From positions 930,001-994,000 of the forward strand of contig AP026125.1 of NCBI GenBank assembly GCA_030295235.1: a stretch of DNA of 64,000 nt, written 5' to 3'. Below, piece after piece: positions 25,347 to 36,391 of this stretch. The DNA is from Fistulifera solaris. Taxonomy: Eukaryota. The translations under genes were made by a program, and so were the position numbers. How positions within the stretch are numbered: the first letter of the stretch is position 1; the number at the start of each line of letters is the position of its first letter. Below the pieces are notes generated by a model. That model was not told where the DNA came from. It did no database searches and worked only from the letters and a program-made list of their open reading frames with translations.

Positions 25347-26062
25347 TTACAGTGGAATACTATCCGCCGAACCCCGAGCGTCGCCGTAAACAAGTTTCAA
25401 CGCCACTTGCAAAGGGCAAAGGTCAAGCCCAAAGCATTGGTCACCCAGACATTCGGATCATTCATCTTGAACAATCCAGTCACTGTCCACGCAAAGCAAT
25501 TGACACAAGAAGCAATCGTAAACGGCAGAGCAATGGATTTTGCCGATTTCGTTCGGATGACCGCCGCGGCGGTGGCCAACGGGCTGCCAAATAGGGCTAG
25601 ACACAAGACAACGCAAGCGTAGCCAATGATTTCTGTCGATTTTTTCAAGCCAGAAAAAGCGAGCGCTAAAGTAGCGCAAACGATGGTGGAAACGACTTGT
25701 GCGTGTCCTTTCAAACTACCGGGGAGACTGGGGGCGCTCTTGGGCGAGTACTTGGCGAATTGTAGTGAGTAGTACAAGGAAGCAAAGACACCAAACAGAT
25801 TGGGTCCCCATACAGAAGGTTCAGCCTTCAAAAAACCGTACACGCTCCAAAGGAAACAAGAAGCCAGCATACTGGAATACGGCAGCAGTGGCATTTGACC
25901 GACCGTCCGATCTCGGATGATTTTTTGCACCGTCGGAAACGGCGAAGCGATCACAAAAATGGAAGCCATGGGCGCTATTTGAGCACAGAGGCTCACAGGG
26001 TTGGCGAGAGCGGACATGATCATAGGTGCTTGGACTGTTGCAGAGCTCATGCTGACAATCAT
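25347..26062 (-). CDS. SWEET: SWEET/MtN3 sugar transporter
   Basis: SPFPTVQKII..TVG..PLLPY, FGSPLA..VIRTKS..IALPF, W...G....D..VWVTNALG; indel just before the C-terminus. Confidence 0.9.
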
Positions 26063-26456
26063 GGTGATGTTGATCGATTCAACGGCGTCGGAAGAAAAAC
26101 CGAAAGGTAAAAATTTGTGCAGAGGGGGGGGAGAAAAAATCGAGTGCCGATCGAAAAATTTATACTCCGGTAACTGTTTCGAACTCCATTGTGACTTGCA
26201 TCCGGTACAGGATAGTGTAAGGTTTAATGTAGACGACTTTTCTTCGAACGTCGGTCAAGTAAGTGTCCGTCCGTCACTCGTCATGTCACTACTTTTGCTC
26301 TGCTTGCGCTTCTCGACAAGTGGCACCATTTGTTTTGTCTTTCTCTCACAATGCAGACATATCATCATTCACAACAAAACTTAGAAAGAGGGAGAAAACA
26401 GTGATTCTTCCACTAATACTCACTCTCTGTTCGCAAGCAACAAAGGTTACACCTCG

Positions 26457-28364
26457 ATGGGTTCTTTTGGTTTACTAATACACTTTTTATGCGTCACCAT
26501 CCCATGCATCACCTTGGTGGGAGCTTTCGTGGTGAGTCCGGAACGACAAGACGCCCCTTACTGGTATCGACAGAGAAGTCAACAACGCTACAGTTCGAGA
26601 AGGCAAGATCTATACTCGGACTATGATGATTATTATCCTCCTCCGCCCGCTGGCTTTAAGGAAATAGAGGAATCGCTGGAGCAGCAATATCGTTCGACGA
26701 GTCGGTCGAGAGACTCAGGAATACCCTTCTTCCAACCCCCGCAAGACGCAACAATAACTAGATTTGATTACTTTGACGACGAAGAAGATTATTATCAAGA
26801 CGAAGAAGACGATGACAGAGCAAGAGGCAACTTCTGGGTGAATCCGGACGGCGTAGACGAGGTCGAAGCTCGTGACAGTCGTCGGCCACGGCGGCGGCCT
26901 TCCCAACCTCCGAAACGTCGAAAGTCAACAACATTTCGTTCCGGGTATCCATCCGTGCCTCCGCCAGTCAATGAATTGTACCATCGTCTATTTTGGTACG
27001 GTTTAGACCCCGATGCATCTTCGTCACCGGCGGACCGTACCATGTTCGGTGGGACCAAAGGGAAATTCAACGGATTGTCTTATTTGCAAGAAACTGATGG
27101 ACTTCCTCGCCCTCCTAGGAGAAGAAGGCGTCGTCTGCCTCCTCAAGCAACATCAGAGGACGTCGATGACGACGATTACATCTCTGAAAATTGGGGACCC
27201 GGGCCGTCCTATGAAGATGACTACGACGAATCCGATGATTACACCTTTTACAGTCGAGATAGAAAGCAGTTTTCAGCCTCCAATGACAAAAAGGATCAGT
27301 AACTCCTCCTTTCGACGCGCCTCAACAACGTCGAGACGTTAGTAGATCATCTTCCCGGCAAAAACGTCAACGTCCGCCGAAGCCGGCTCAAGAAAGTTGG
27401 GATAGTCCTGTGGCGAGATGGTTCAGCGACGAAGACGACCAAGATAAGGATGTAAGCGAAACACGGAGGCGAAAACGACAGAGGAAAAAGGATGGATGGT
27501 CCGCCTTCAATTTTGTTGATGCTTTCCTTGGTATTGATAGAGACGAACTTCAGAATCAAGCGAAGGACTATGAAAGAGGATGGGCATCGACAGGAATTCT
27601 CCTTCACGTCGACGTCGTCGTGACCGCCCAATGCCAGAGGCACCAAAGCAGCCAGCAAGATACAATCCTCCTGATCAGGATGAAGCTTCCTTTTCGATGA
27701 TGATGATGTTATTGACACTACAGCAAATAGAGTGGATACCCCTAAAGCAAGTGAAGAAGAGGAAGTACCAGTGAAAGAGCTTTCCTGGGAGGAGCGAGCG
27801 CTAGCTATTGAACGAGTACCTCCTGCTGGGATACCAGCTTGGGGGCCTACAGGTGAACTTGAGTTTGATGCGAGAACCAAAGCTGTCATCGACGCGTTTG
27901 AGGATATTGCCACGGCTAAAGATAGAGTAGAAAAACGAAAGAAGCGCGTTGAAGAGTGTAGAGAGGAGCTATCGATTTTACGGATTGACTTGGAGCTACA
28001 GAAAAAGCGCCTGAGACAAAGTCGGTTGAAATCACAAGCTGCCGCAGAGAAGTTGAGACGTATGGATTTGAACATGGACAACACCGCTCGAAAGTTACGT
28101 CGCGAGCTGATGAAGCTGAAGAACGCTAAGCAGGATCTTGTTGAGCTTGAAGCCCGGCACTGGGCAGTACTAGGCTTTTACGATCCTGAGCAAGCACGCG
28201 CTAACGTCGACGATGCTCTTCGCGAGTTCAAGGAAAATGAACCTGCCGTACGCTTTCTTTATGAAAAGAAGAGGACCCAGCTACGCATGATGAAGATCCT
28301 GCGTCGAGCTCTACTAGTGATGAATCGAATAAATGATAAAACTACGCCCCATTGTAAAATATAA
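26457..28364 (+). CDS. Uncharacterised probable plastid protein (D/R/P-rich N-terminus, C-terminal coiled coil)
   Basis: Presequence VGA-FVVSP; collinear ORFs 26457-27302, 27410-27700, 27580-27774 and 27732-28364 separated by several indels; SWEERALAIERVPPAGIPAWGPTG. Confidence 0.6.
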
Positions 28365-28409
28365 TGCATGATAGTAAGCTATTAATAACAGTGTTCTACT
28401 TTTCATTTA

Positions 28410-30128
28410 TTAGCATGACCACCATATCTGCAGGGCTGCGCGAATACCTGCTCGAACCGGCAAACGACACCGCCTGTTTTCTATTCCACCAGTAGATACG
28501 AGCACTCGACCTCGCGCGCCTTCAATTGAAATACCGCGCTGAATTTTACGGCGTGGGCGATAGTTGTCGGGGTGATTGTCAACGTAAAGAGCGGCGCCAC
28601 CGTGAAAATCCTCGCCACTCCCTTCTGATAGAAAGACAGTTGTTTGTATCGAAAACGAGGGATCTGCTTCCAAGTCGGCCAACAGATTGCAAACATCCCT
28701 CACCGGCTCTATGTTGAATGGCCAAGGAAGCGAATAGAGGGCCATGTCGTTCCGTCTTTCTGCCTTGTCCATCCAAAGCAGATAATTTGTACGATTCAGC
28801 AACTTTTCGAGTCGACTCGGAATTCGTCGGTCGAAAAGGCGAACTCCATTTCCGTCCATCGGTCCGACAGCGTTGACACGAAAAGCAACAGGTTGAATCT
28901 CTTGTGATACATTGTAGTGCGTCGACAGTAAATCGCGTAACTTGGTTACAACGGAGGGAACCATTGCTTGTAATAAGTCCACGTCGCGATGAATATCAAA
29001 ATGGTCGCCACCATGAGATATCAAATTTGCTCCCAACACACGAGCATCGAGCACTTCTTGATCTAAAATAAGATTGTCGTGAACTCCTCGAAAGCACAGT
29101 TTAGTAGCGGCTTTTGATGTCCTTCGTCCGGGTAGTACTGAACTGATACAGGATTGCGGAGCAATGCAAGAGGATGACGATGAAAGGGATTGTGTTGGCG
29201 CAGCGCACTCCATAAACCAAGAAGCTTGCACTCCACGCTCAATGAATGGTGCCAGAACGTTGATTTCTTCCGTCGACTTTGACTTCAAAAAGATATCGAC
29301 AATACTCTTCATCGACGGTATATGAAGAACGCCTCGGCTACAATCGACTTTGCTAGAAATTCTTAAAACCTCTTTGATAAAATCAATGAGATGAAACGGT
29401 CGTGAGTCTCTGTGCAAGATCGGGCACTCTTTTGCATGTACAAGCAGCAATTTTACATTCAGTATCTCCGACATGAGAGGATCTAATACGGGTCTTTCAA
29501 CGGCACTGTAATGAAAAATGGGTATCGTTTGGAGCATGATGCATATAAATGCGGTCACCACCATTAGAACGGCAAAACAGATGCGTCGGAAAGTCAAACT
29601 AGGTTGATGTCGTTCATTCGGATTCACCGGAATAAGCATTAAGTCGTCCTCGGGTACACCTTGTTCAAGATAGCGTCGCACTGCCCTCGCTATAGCATCG
29701 GCAGCAGCTTGTTCCTGTCGGCGCAACCAGAGATGCTCATCTTCATCACCGTGCCTATCGTTATTATTATTTGGTCGAGGTGGTGGTGGCAGGTCTCCAG
29801 CAGGAGGCTGCGGTGGATGTGATGTAGGTACGAGTCGTCCGAATTCATCGACGCGGGCATCGCCAATCTTGTGTTTCTGCATCAAATCATGGAGCTCGAG
29901 TCGACGTTTTCGATAGGCCCGCACCTGTTGCTGGTATCCGTCATTGGTGTTATCGGCTGGCAGATCCTTGCCCATGCAAAAGTCGGAAATGTCTTCATTG
30001 GTCAGGTTCTTTCGTTCCAAAAGGAGATGGGCGTCCAGTGAGTAATATTTGTAGCGATACAATTGCGAGGGCTCTTTCTTGCCGTCATGCGACCCCCCTT
30101 TTCTCCGCCGGGCAGAAGATGTTCTCAT
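28410..30128 (-). CDS. Type II membrane protein with OGFOD3-like 2OG-Fe(II) oxygenase fold, probably catalytically degenerate
   Basis: Single TM (ICFAVLMVVTAFICIML); C-terminal TTVFLS..EDFHGG..GRVLVSTGGIEN..V..GIR.ALQIWW resembles the P4H/OGFOD3 jelly-roll. Confidence 0.65.
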   Translation of the reverse strand: MRTSSARRRKGGSHDGKKEPSQLYRYKYYSLDAHLLLERKNLTNEDISDFCMGKDLPADNTNDGYQQQVRAYRKRRLELHDLMQKHKIGDARVDEFGRLVPTSHPPQPPAGDLPPPPRPNNNNDRHGDEDEHLWLRRQEQAAADAIARAVRRYLEQGVPEDDLMLIPVNPNERHQPSLTFRRICFAVLMVVTAFICIMLQTIPIFHYSAVERPVLDPLMSEILNVKLLLVHAKECPILHRDSRPFHLIDFIKEVLRISSKVDCSRGVLHIPSMKSIVDIFLKSKSTEEINVLAPFIERGVQASWFMECAAPTQSLSSSSSCIAPQSCISSVLPGRRTSKAATKLCFRGVHDNLILDQEVLDARVLGANLISHGGDHFDIHRDVDLLQAMVPSVVTKLRDLLSTHYNVSQEIQPVAFRVNAVGPMDGNGVRLFDRRIPSRLEKLLNRTNYLLWMDKAERRNDMALYSLPWPFNIEPVRDVCNLLADLEADPSFSIQTTVFLSEGSGEDFHGGAALYVDNHPDNYRPRRKIQRGISIEGARGRVLVSTGGIENRRCRLPVRAGIRAALQIWWSC

Positions 30129-30360
30129 TATTCGTTTACGGGCTACAGCAGGCTCAGAAACCGAAAGAAAACATGCTGTGTCCTCTATAATATGAATTTA
30201 AGGAGCAAACAGCACGTTATGATTGATCTGAAGTGGTACGAATATGTAAGATTACAAACTTAACACCTGGTATCAGGATTTATGATGAACGGCGTACCTG
30301 GTAGCCGTATTTTTTCTATAGCGGAGTACCAGGTATACCAGTATAATGCATGCAAACCCA

Positions 30361-32515
30361 CTCCAGATTTTCTGGAAGACACAAAGACCTTCTCCAGAAT
30401 TTCTGGACTATCCACAGAATTTCTGTATGACGATATCGCGAATTCCAGAATTTCTGGAATTTGCACAGAAACACTGTTTGATGAAAATTACCACGTCCAG
30501 ACTAATGTGAAACCACACAGAATTTCGGTATGATCCAAAACAACGAGGTCCAAAGTTATTTTGACGTGCACATGTTTTCTGTGAGATGGAAACATGGAAA
30601 CACCTGGTCCAGAATTTCTGGACCATCCACAGAATTTCTGTATGTCCATATCACAATTTCCAGAATTTCTGTATGACGAGATCGCGAATTCCAGAATTTC
30701 TGGAATTACCACGTCCAGACTAATGTGAAACCACACAGAATTTCGGTATGATCCAAAACAACGAGGTCCAATGTTATTTTGACGTGCACATGTTTTCTGT
30801 GAGATGGAAACATGGAAACACCTGGTCCAGAATTTCTGGACCATCCACAGAATTTCTGTATGACGATATCGCACTTTCCAGAATTTCTGTATGACGAGAT
30901 CGCGAATTCCAGAATTTCTGGAATTTGCACAGAAATGCTGTTTGATGAAAATTACCACGTCCAGACTAATGTGAAACGACACCGAATTTCGGTATGATCC
31001 AAAGCAACGAGGTCCAATGTTATTTTGACGCGCACATGTTTTCTGTGAGATGGAAACATGGAAACACCTGGTCCAGAATTTCTGGACCATCCACAGAATT
31101 TCTGTATGACGATATCGCGAATTCCAGAATTTCTGGAATTAGCACAGAAACGCTGTTTTATAAAATTTACCACGTCCAGACTAATGTGAAACGACACCGA
31201 ATATCGGGTTGATCCAAAACAACGAGGTCCTATGTTATTTTGACGCGCACATGTTTTCTGTGAGATGGAAACATGGAAACACCTGGTCCAGAATTTCTTG
31301 ACCATCCACAGAATTTCTGTATGACGATATCGCATTTTCCAGAATTTCTGGAATTTGCACAGAAATGCTGTTTGATGAAAATTACCACGTCCAGACTAAT
31401 GTGAAACGACACCGAATTTCGGTATGATCCAAAGCAACGAGGTCCAATGTTATTTTGACGCGCACATGTTTTCTGTGAGATGGAAACATGGAAACACCTG
31501 GTCCAGAATTTCTGGACCATCCACAGAATTTCTGTATGACGATATCGCGAATTCCAGAATTTCTGGAATTAGCACAGAAACGCTGTTTTATAAAATTTAC
31601 CACGTCCAGACTAATATGAAACGACGCCGAATATCGGGTTGATCCAAAACAACGAGGTCCAATGTTATTTTGACGCGCACATTTTTTCTGTGAGATGGAA
31701 ACATGGAAACACCTGGTCCAGAATTTCTTGACCATCCACAGAATTTCTGTATGACGATATCGCATTTTCCAGAATTTCTGGAATTAGCACAGAAACGCTG
31801 TTTTATAAAATTTACCACGTCCAGACTAATGTGAAACGACGCCGAATATCGGGTTGATCCAAAACAACGAGGCCCAAAGTTATTTTGACGCGCACATTTT
31901 TTCTGTGAGATGGAAACATGGAAACACCTGGTCCAGAATTTCTTGACCATCCACAGAATTTCTGTATGACGATATCGCATTTTCCAGAATTTCTGGAATT
32001 TGCACAGAAATGCTGTTTGATGAAAATTACCACGTCCAGACTAATGTGAAACGACACCGAATTTCGGTATGATCCAAAGCAACGAGGTCCAATGTTATTT
32101 TGACGCGCACATGTTTTCTGTGAGATGGAAACATGGAAACACCTGGTCCAGAATTTCTTGACCATCCACAGAATTTCTGAATGACGATATCGCATTTTCC
32201 AGAATTTCTGGAATTTGCACAGAAACGCTGTTTTATAAAAATTACCACGTCCAGACTAATGTGAAACGACACCGAATATCGGGTTGATCCAAAACAACGA
32301 GGTCCTATGTTATTTTGACGTCCACATGTTTTCTGTGAGATGGAAACACCTGGTCCAGAATTTCTTGACCATCCACAGAATTTCTGTATGACGATATCGC
32401 ACTTTCCAGAATTTCAGTTCTGTACACCTTACCAGTACGTATGATTAACCTCTACCAGAATCTCTGAATCGTTCCTGATAACTTACAAAGATTTTTTCCA
32501 GAATTTCTGGAATTT
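30361..32515. repeat. Higher-order tandem array, 215-bp unit x ~9.5, built from ~52-bp palindromic monomers
   Basis: ACCACGTCCAGACTAAT at ~30490, 30708, 30954, 31169, 31384, 31599, 31814, 32029, 32244; many CCAGAATTTCTGG palindromes. Confidence 0.97.
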
Positions 32516-32702
32516 GTTGACACCGTTACGAGGTACAATGAGTGATGAAAGCGACCATGATGAGTGATGAGTGGGGCCTTTGCACAGTATCCGTCCGCTT
32601 CAATCATATTCCTCGAGACTATGAAGGGCTATCTTCCAACTTATCCTCAATAATCAATATTAAAAACGATTGTACCATTGATGAAACGGTTGGTTCGAGT
32701 TT

Positions 32703-33670
32703 ATGAACGCTTCGAGCTACACAAAGACAATTATGAGGTTACGCAGAGCGTTGGACCGAGTCCGCTTCATGGTACTTGCATTACCGCTCCTCCCTTTGCT
32801 CTTTGAAGCAGACTCCTCGCAGTATTATGGCAATCGGAGATTACAGGTCGCGTCAGAAACATTCCAACAGGTTCCGGTTGCATACAAAGATCAGTTCCCT
32901 TTGGATTCAACTGTTCATTGCATCGGTGGAACTTTTGGATTGTTCCATGAAAACGACTGGCTGTACCGTTCCTGTGAATTTCGCAACATTTGCTTCGACC
33001 TGAGCGCTCAAGAATTTGTCTTGTTTCCGTCGAAAGAAGAGCAGGAACTTGCAGAACTTCTCAAAACGAATCCAATAGTTTCTGTGTCGACAGTCAGTTC
33101 GCCGTCGTTTCAAGTTGCGCTTAGTGCAGTAGATCCTCCCGATCCGAGTCAGCTTGATGACCGAGCGAGAATGGAAGTGCACAAAAGAACTTATCGTGGT
33201 TTCCTCTGGTCAGAAACACGAAGGCCACCAAAGGATATTACGAACTCCCTGAATCGCATATTTTTGTCCCTTTCCAAGAAAGCCATCCGATGTCACCGGA
33301 TTCCCTCGTCAACAAAGATTTCCTTTCCTTGTTTACCCTACTTTACGAATTCGGACTGGAAGAAAAGAAGCCGATTTTCATCCGACATGGGACTCATCTT
33401 CCTCTTTGCGACAAAAAGTGTGAAATATTGCTAAAGACTCATTTGCAAATCGACGCTTCCAAACCGATCCTTTCCGGAATTGACCATCGATCTAGCGACT
33501 TAGTGTGCGCCAAGTATGGAGTCGCAGGACTAGGTATGCGTATGACAGGAACGCGTCCTGTTCGTGACAAGGATGGCTCGTGGTTATATACACATACCGT
33601 TGGACGCCATGCTACGAAACGGGCATTTCAGAAATACATGGAAACTTGGGAAAAGACAGCGCGGGATTGA
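32703..33670 (+). CDS. Secreted/membrane protein resembling the N-terminal part of GT61-like glycosyltransferases
   Basis: Hydrophobic anchor, RRLQ, VHCIG, YRSCEFRNICFD, VCAKYGVAGLG..HTVGR; indel between ORFs 32703-33434 and 33290-33670. Confidence 0.5.
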
Positions 33671-33878
33671 AGAATACGCTGGGAAACTTGCACAACAAAG
33701 AAATCGTACTTCGACTCAGAACGATAACATTGACCGAAGAATCCTTAGGATTAGTTTATCGTTTGTGTGCACCAATTCTGTGAATGAATGTCGAAAAATT
33801 TGAAAGCCTTTCGTAATCTACAAGGAAACAAAAGCTACTAAAATTATTCACAAAGAACATGAAGCGAGAAGCGGCACC

Positions 33879-35416
33879 TCATAGATCGACCGTATCTTTG
33901 GAATTGTATGGCCTAATCATTCTTGTTCGTGGAGTGCTAGGTGTCGAAGTTGACCCCGTCGATATAAATGCAGGATAAAAGAACGTTTTTTCGCTGCGTG
34001 AGTATTTGTTACTGTATTCCCGCAAAATGGCAGAACCTGCAGCGGTCGAAGCGTCGTCAGGAATAATGTAAGCTCGGTGCATCGAGTTCTCACTGTAAGA
34101 ATTATCGTCCTTGTTTATGTAACTGTCGTCGTCCATAGTGTCCACTGCTTGTGCAAGCGACTCCTCTGGTCGAATCGTCCCTCGTTCTTGGAGTTTCTCG
34201 ACATCCAGAGTCTCTTTTCGTCGCTTGCGATACGCGACTGCGACAACAATGACAAGAATCACAGCCGCTGCTGCTACGGCCGCGACACCCGCAAAAAGTG
34301 GAACTCTGTTGATGTTGCTGTCTGAAGTGACTTCCCCTTCAACAGCTGGCGTGCCTTGTTCCCCTTCGTCTATTTCAGGATTACCACCGAATGTCGGAAC
34401 CCCTGAATCATCAGCGTTGGTAAAGCCCTCAAATTTTATCCCAACAATCTCATTTTGCGGACCTCTTAACACTCCGCTACTGAAAAAGCCGTCGAGGAAA
34501 GTTCCAAATGCCTGAGTGACCTGCAAATCTACGGTCTGTTGCAGTCGACGAGCATTGATAAAATAAAAGATTTCGACAGTAAAGGCTGCGTCGACGAAAA
34601 AGCACGAAGCAGTATCCCCATTATCCTCCTCCTCGCAAGATCTCAGGACATCATCTTTGGGAAGGGAATCGACGGAACGGATCTGAAAAGGCATTGTGGT
34701 CGAATTTCTATACGGACAAACAAGCAGTTCTGCAGTGACATTGTTATGTAGCTCGCGTTCGACATAATTCAGGACGGTATTTCGGTTCGCTCCGTCCCGC
34801 AAGGAAAGCTTGTATTGAAACTGGACTAGTTGCTCCGTCACATCGGAGGTGTTTCCGGGCATCTCTGCCACACAATCGGTGAAGAGTTCCAAAGTTCCGT
34901 CTTGTCGTTCCGTCACAACTGTCTCAACAACGAATGTAGGGGTTGATGAAGGGGCATACGAATCAGTCGGAACAAGAGAAGGCTGAACGGATGGTTCTGC
35001 AGCAAATTGTGAGACTGAAGGAATCGACAGAAACAAAGAGCACGTTGAAACGTCGAGAGGCTGTTACCTTGACTGGGCATATTTGTCGGAATGGTCGAAG
35101 GCAAAATGGACGGTATTTGCGTTGGTGTCATGGTAGGAACTACCGAGGGTACAAGGGAAGGATATTCCGATGGAGAAGCGGACGCCATGGCGCTGGGAAA
35201 AGAACTAGGTGCCGGTGAAGATGAAGGACGAAGACTATTCGAAGGTGCGCTCGATGGCACATCGGTTTTGTGACCCAGTTTTCGACTATTCCAATTATCC
35301 CCTTCATCGAATACATTGCGCAATCCCAGTGTAACACCACGAATCCCGTGAACTCTGTACTGTAGCAGGCTAAAACAGATCAGGACTATCCATACTGATC
35401 GTCGATGGTAATACAT
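33879..35416 (-). CDS. Type I cell-surface membrane protein with Pro/Ser/Thr-rich repeats
   Basis: Signal peptide, PSxxPSxxP repeats, intron 34997-35067, RRLQ motif, single TM followed by YRKRRK. Confidence 0.75.
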
Positions 35417-35924
35417 TTTGAATGAAAATAATACGTTTGGTGAGTTGTATATTTCCGATACTGACGAAAGATCCACTACAAGTGCGTTAGCTTTTAATTA
35501 AGAAGAACGACTAACGCTGTTCGTTTCTGCAGCTGCGAGGTTGCTTATCAAACAAAGAAAGAATCTGCCCCTTACAAGAAGGATACAGTCGATAAAACAA
35601 ATGCGGAAGAAAAGGACTTCCGACTTTTTCAAAACGAGAGTGGAAAAATGGCGGGGTTCAATCGCACGAAAGAGCGTCCGCGCGTACAACGGAAAAATAA
35701 GACGTTTAGTATTTAAATACTTAGAGAAACTGGGTGTCGGATGCGGATGGAAGGTTTGAATTGCAACACGACACACGACTAGACTAGTGTTTCTCTATAG
35801 AGAGACTACAAGCTACAAGTATCGCATTGCAGCAAAGACAATCGGAGATCGGAGCTCAAAAATTGAAAGAACGAACGAACGAACGAACGAAGTGTAGCTA
35901 ACAATGTCGCTAAAAGCATTGTTC

Positions 35925-36200
35925 ATGCTGAAAGAATATAGACTCATGACTGAAGGGCAGTCGTGGCGAAATGCGACAACACTTTGGTCTATAGTAAAAT
36001 ATGGCGACAACGTTTTGCAGGCATTTTGATGGAATAGTATCAAGGCGTGCAATGAAAATGCTGCTGAGACTTTTGGACTGCAATAACGACAAGTGGAGGT
36101 CAAAAATTTGGGTGAACGAATGCATCTTAGGTGGCACTATGCTCAAAGATGATTGGCTCATGACTGAAATGCAGTCGTGGATAGGTTGACACTGCAATCA
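35925..36200 (+). repeat. Two copies of the dispersed ~214-bp-period repeat
   Basis: CTCATGACTGAAGGGCAGTCGTGG (~35943) and CTCATGACTGAAATGCAGTCGTGG (~36157); the first unit shares GGCGTGCAATGAAA with the 13625 unit. Confidence 0.8.
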
Positions 36201-36391
36201 GACGGAAATTCTGAAGTGCTGTTGTTTTTCACGCACGACTTTAGCACACAAATAAAATGGCTGAAGAGAAAAAGAAAGCTCCAAGCGACGATGTGCTTCA
36301 ATAAAAGACAAGATTTTACACTACCAGGTACATTACAAGAGTCAATAAATCAACGATTAATAGAGAACGCATCGTAAAAACACACAAGGCA

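Noticed and set aside
30260..32272. Repetitive ORFs in array 1 (MVQKFWTRCFHVS...) as a repeat protein
   Set aside because: The 215-bp unit is not a multiple of three, frames shift each unit, and stops recur; these are by-products of the DNA repeat.
35868..35891. (GAAC)n microsatellite
   Set aside because: Short simple repeat with no evident significance.
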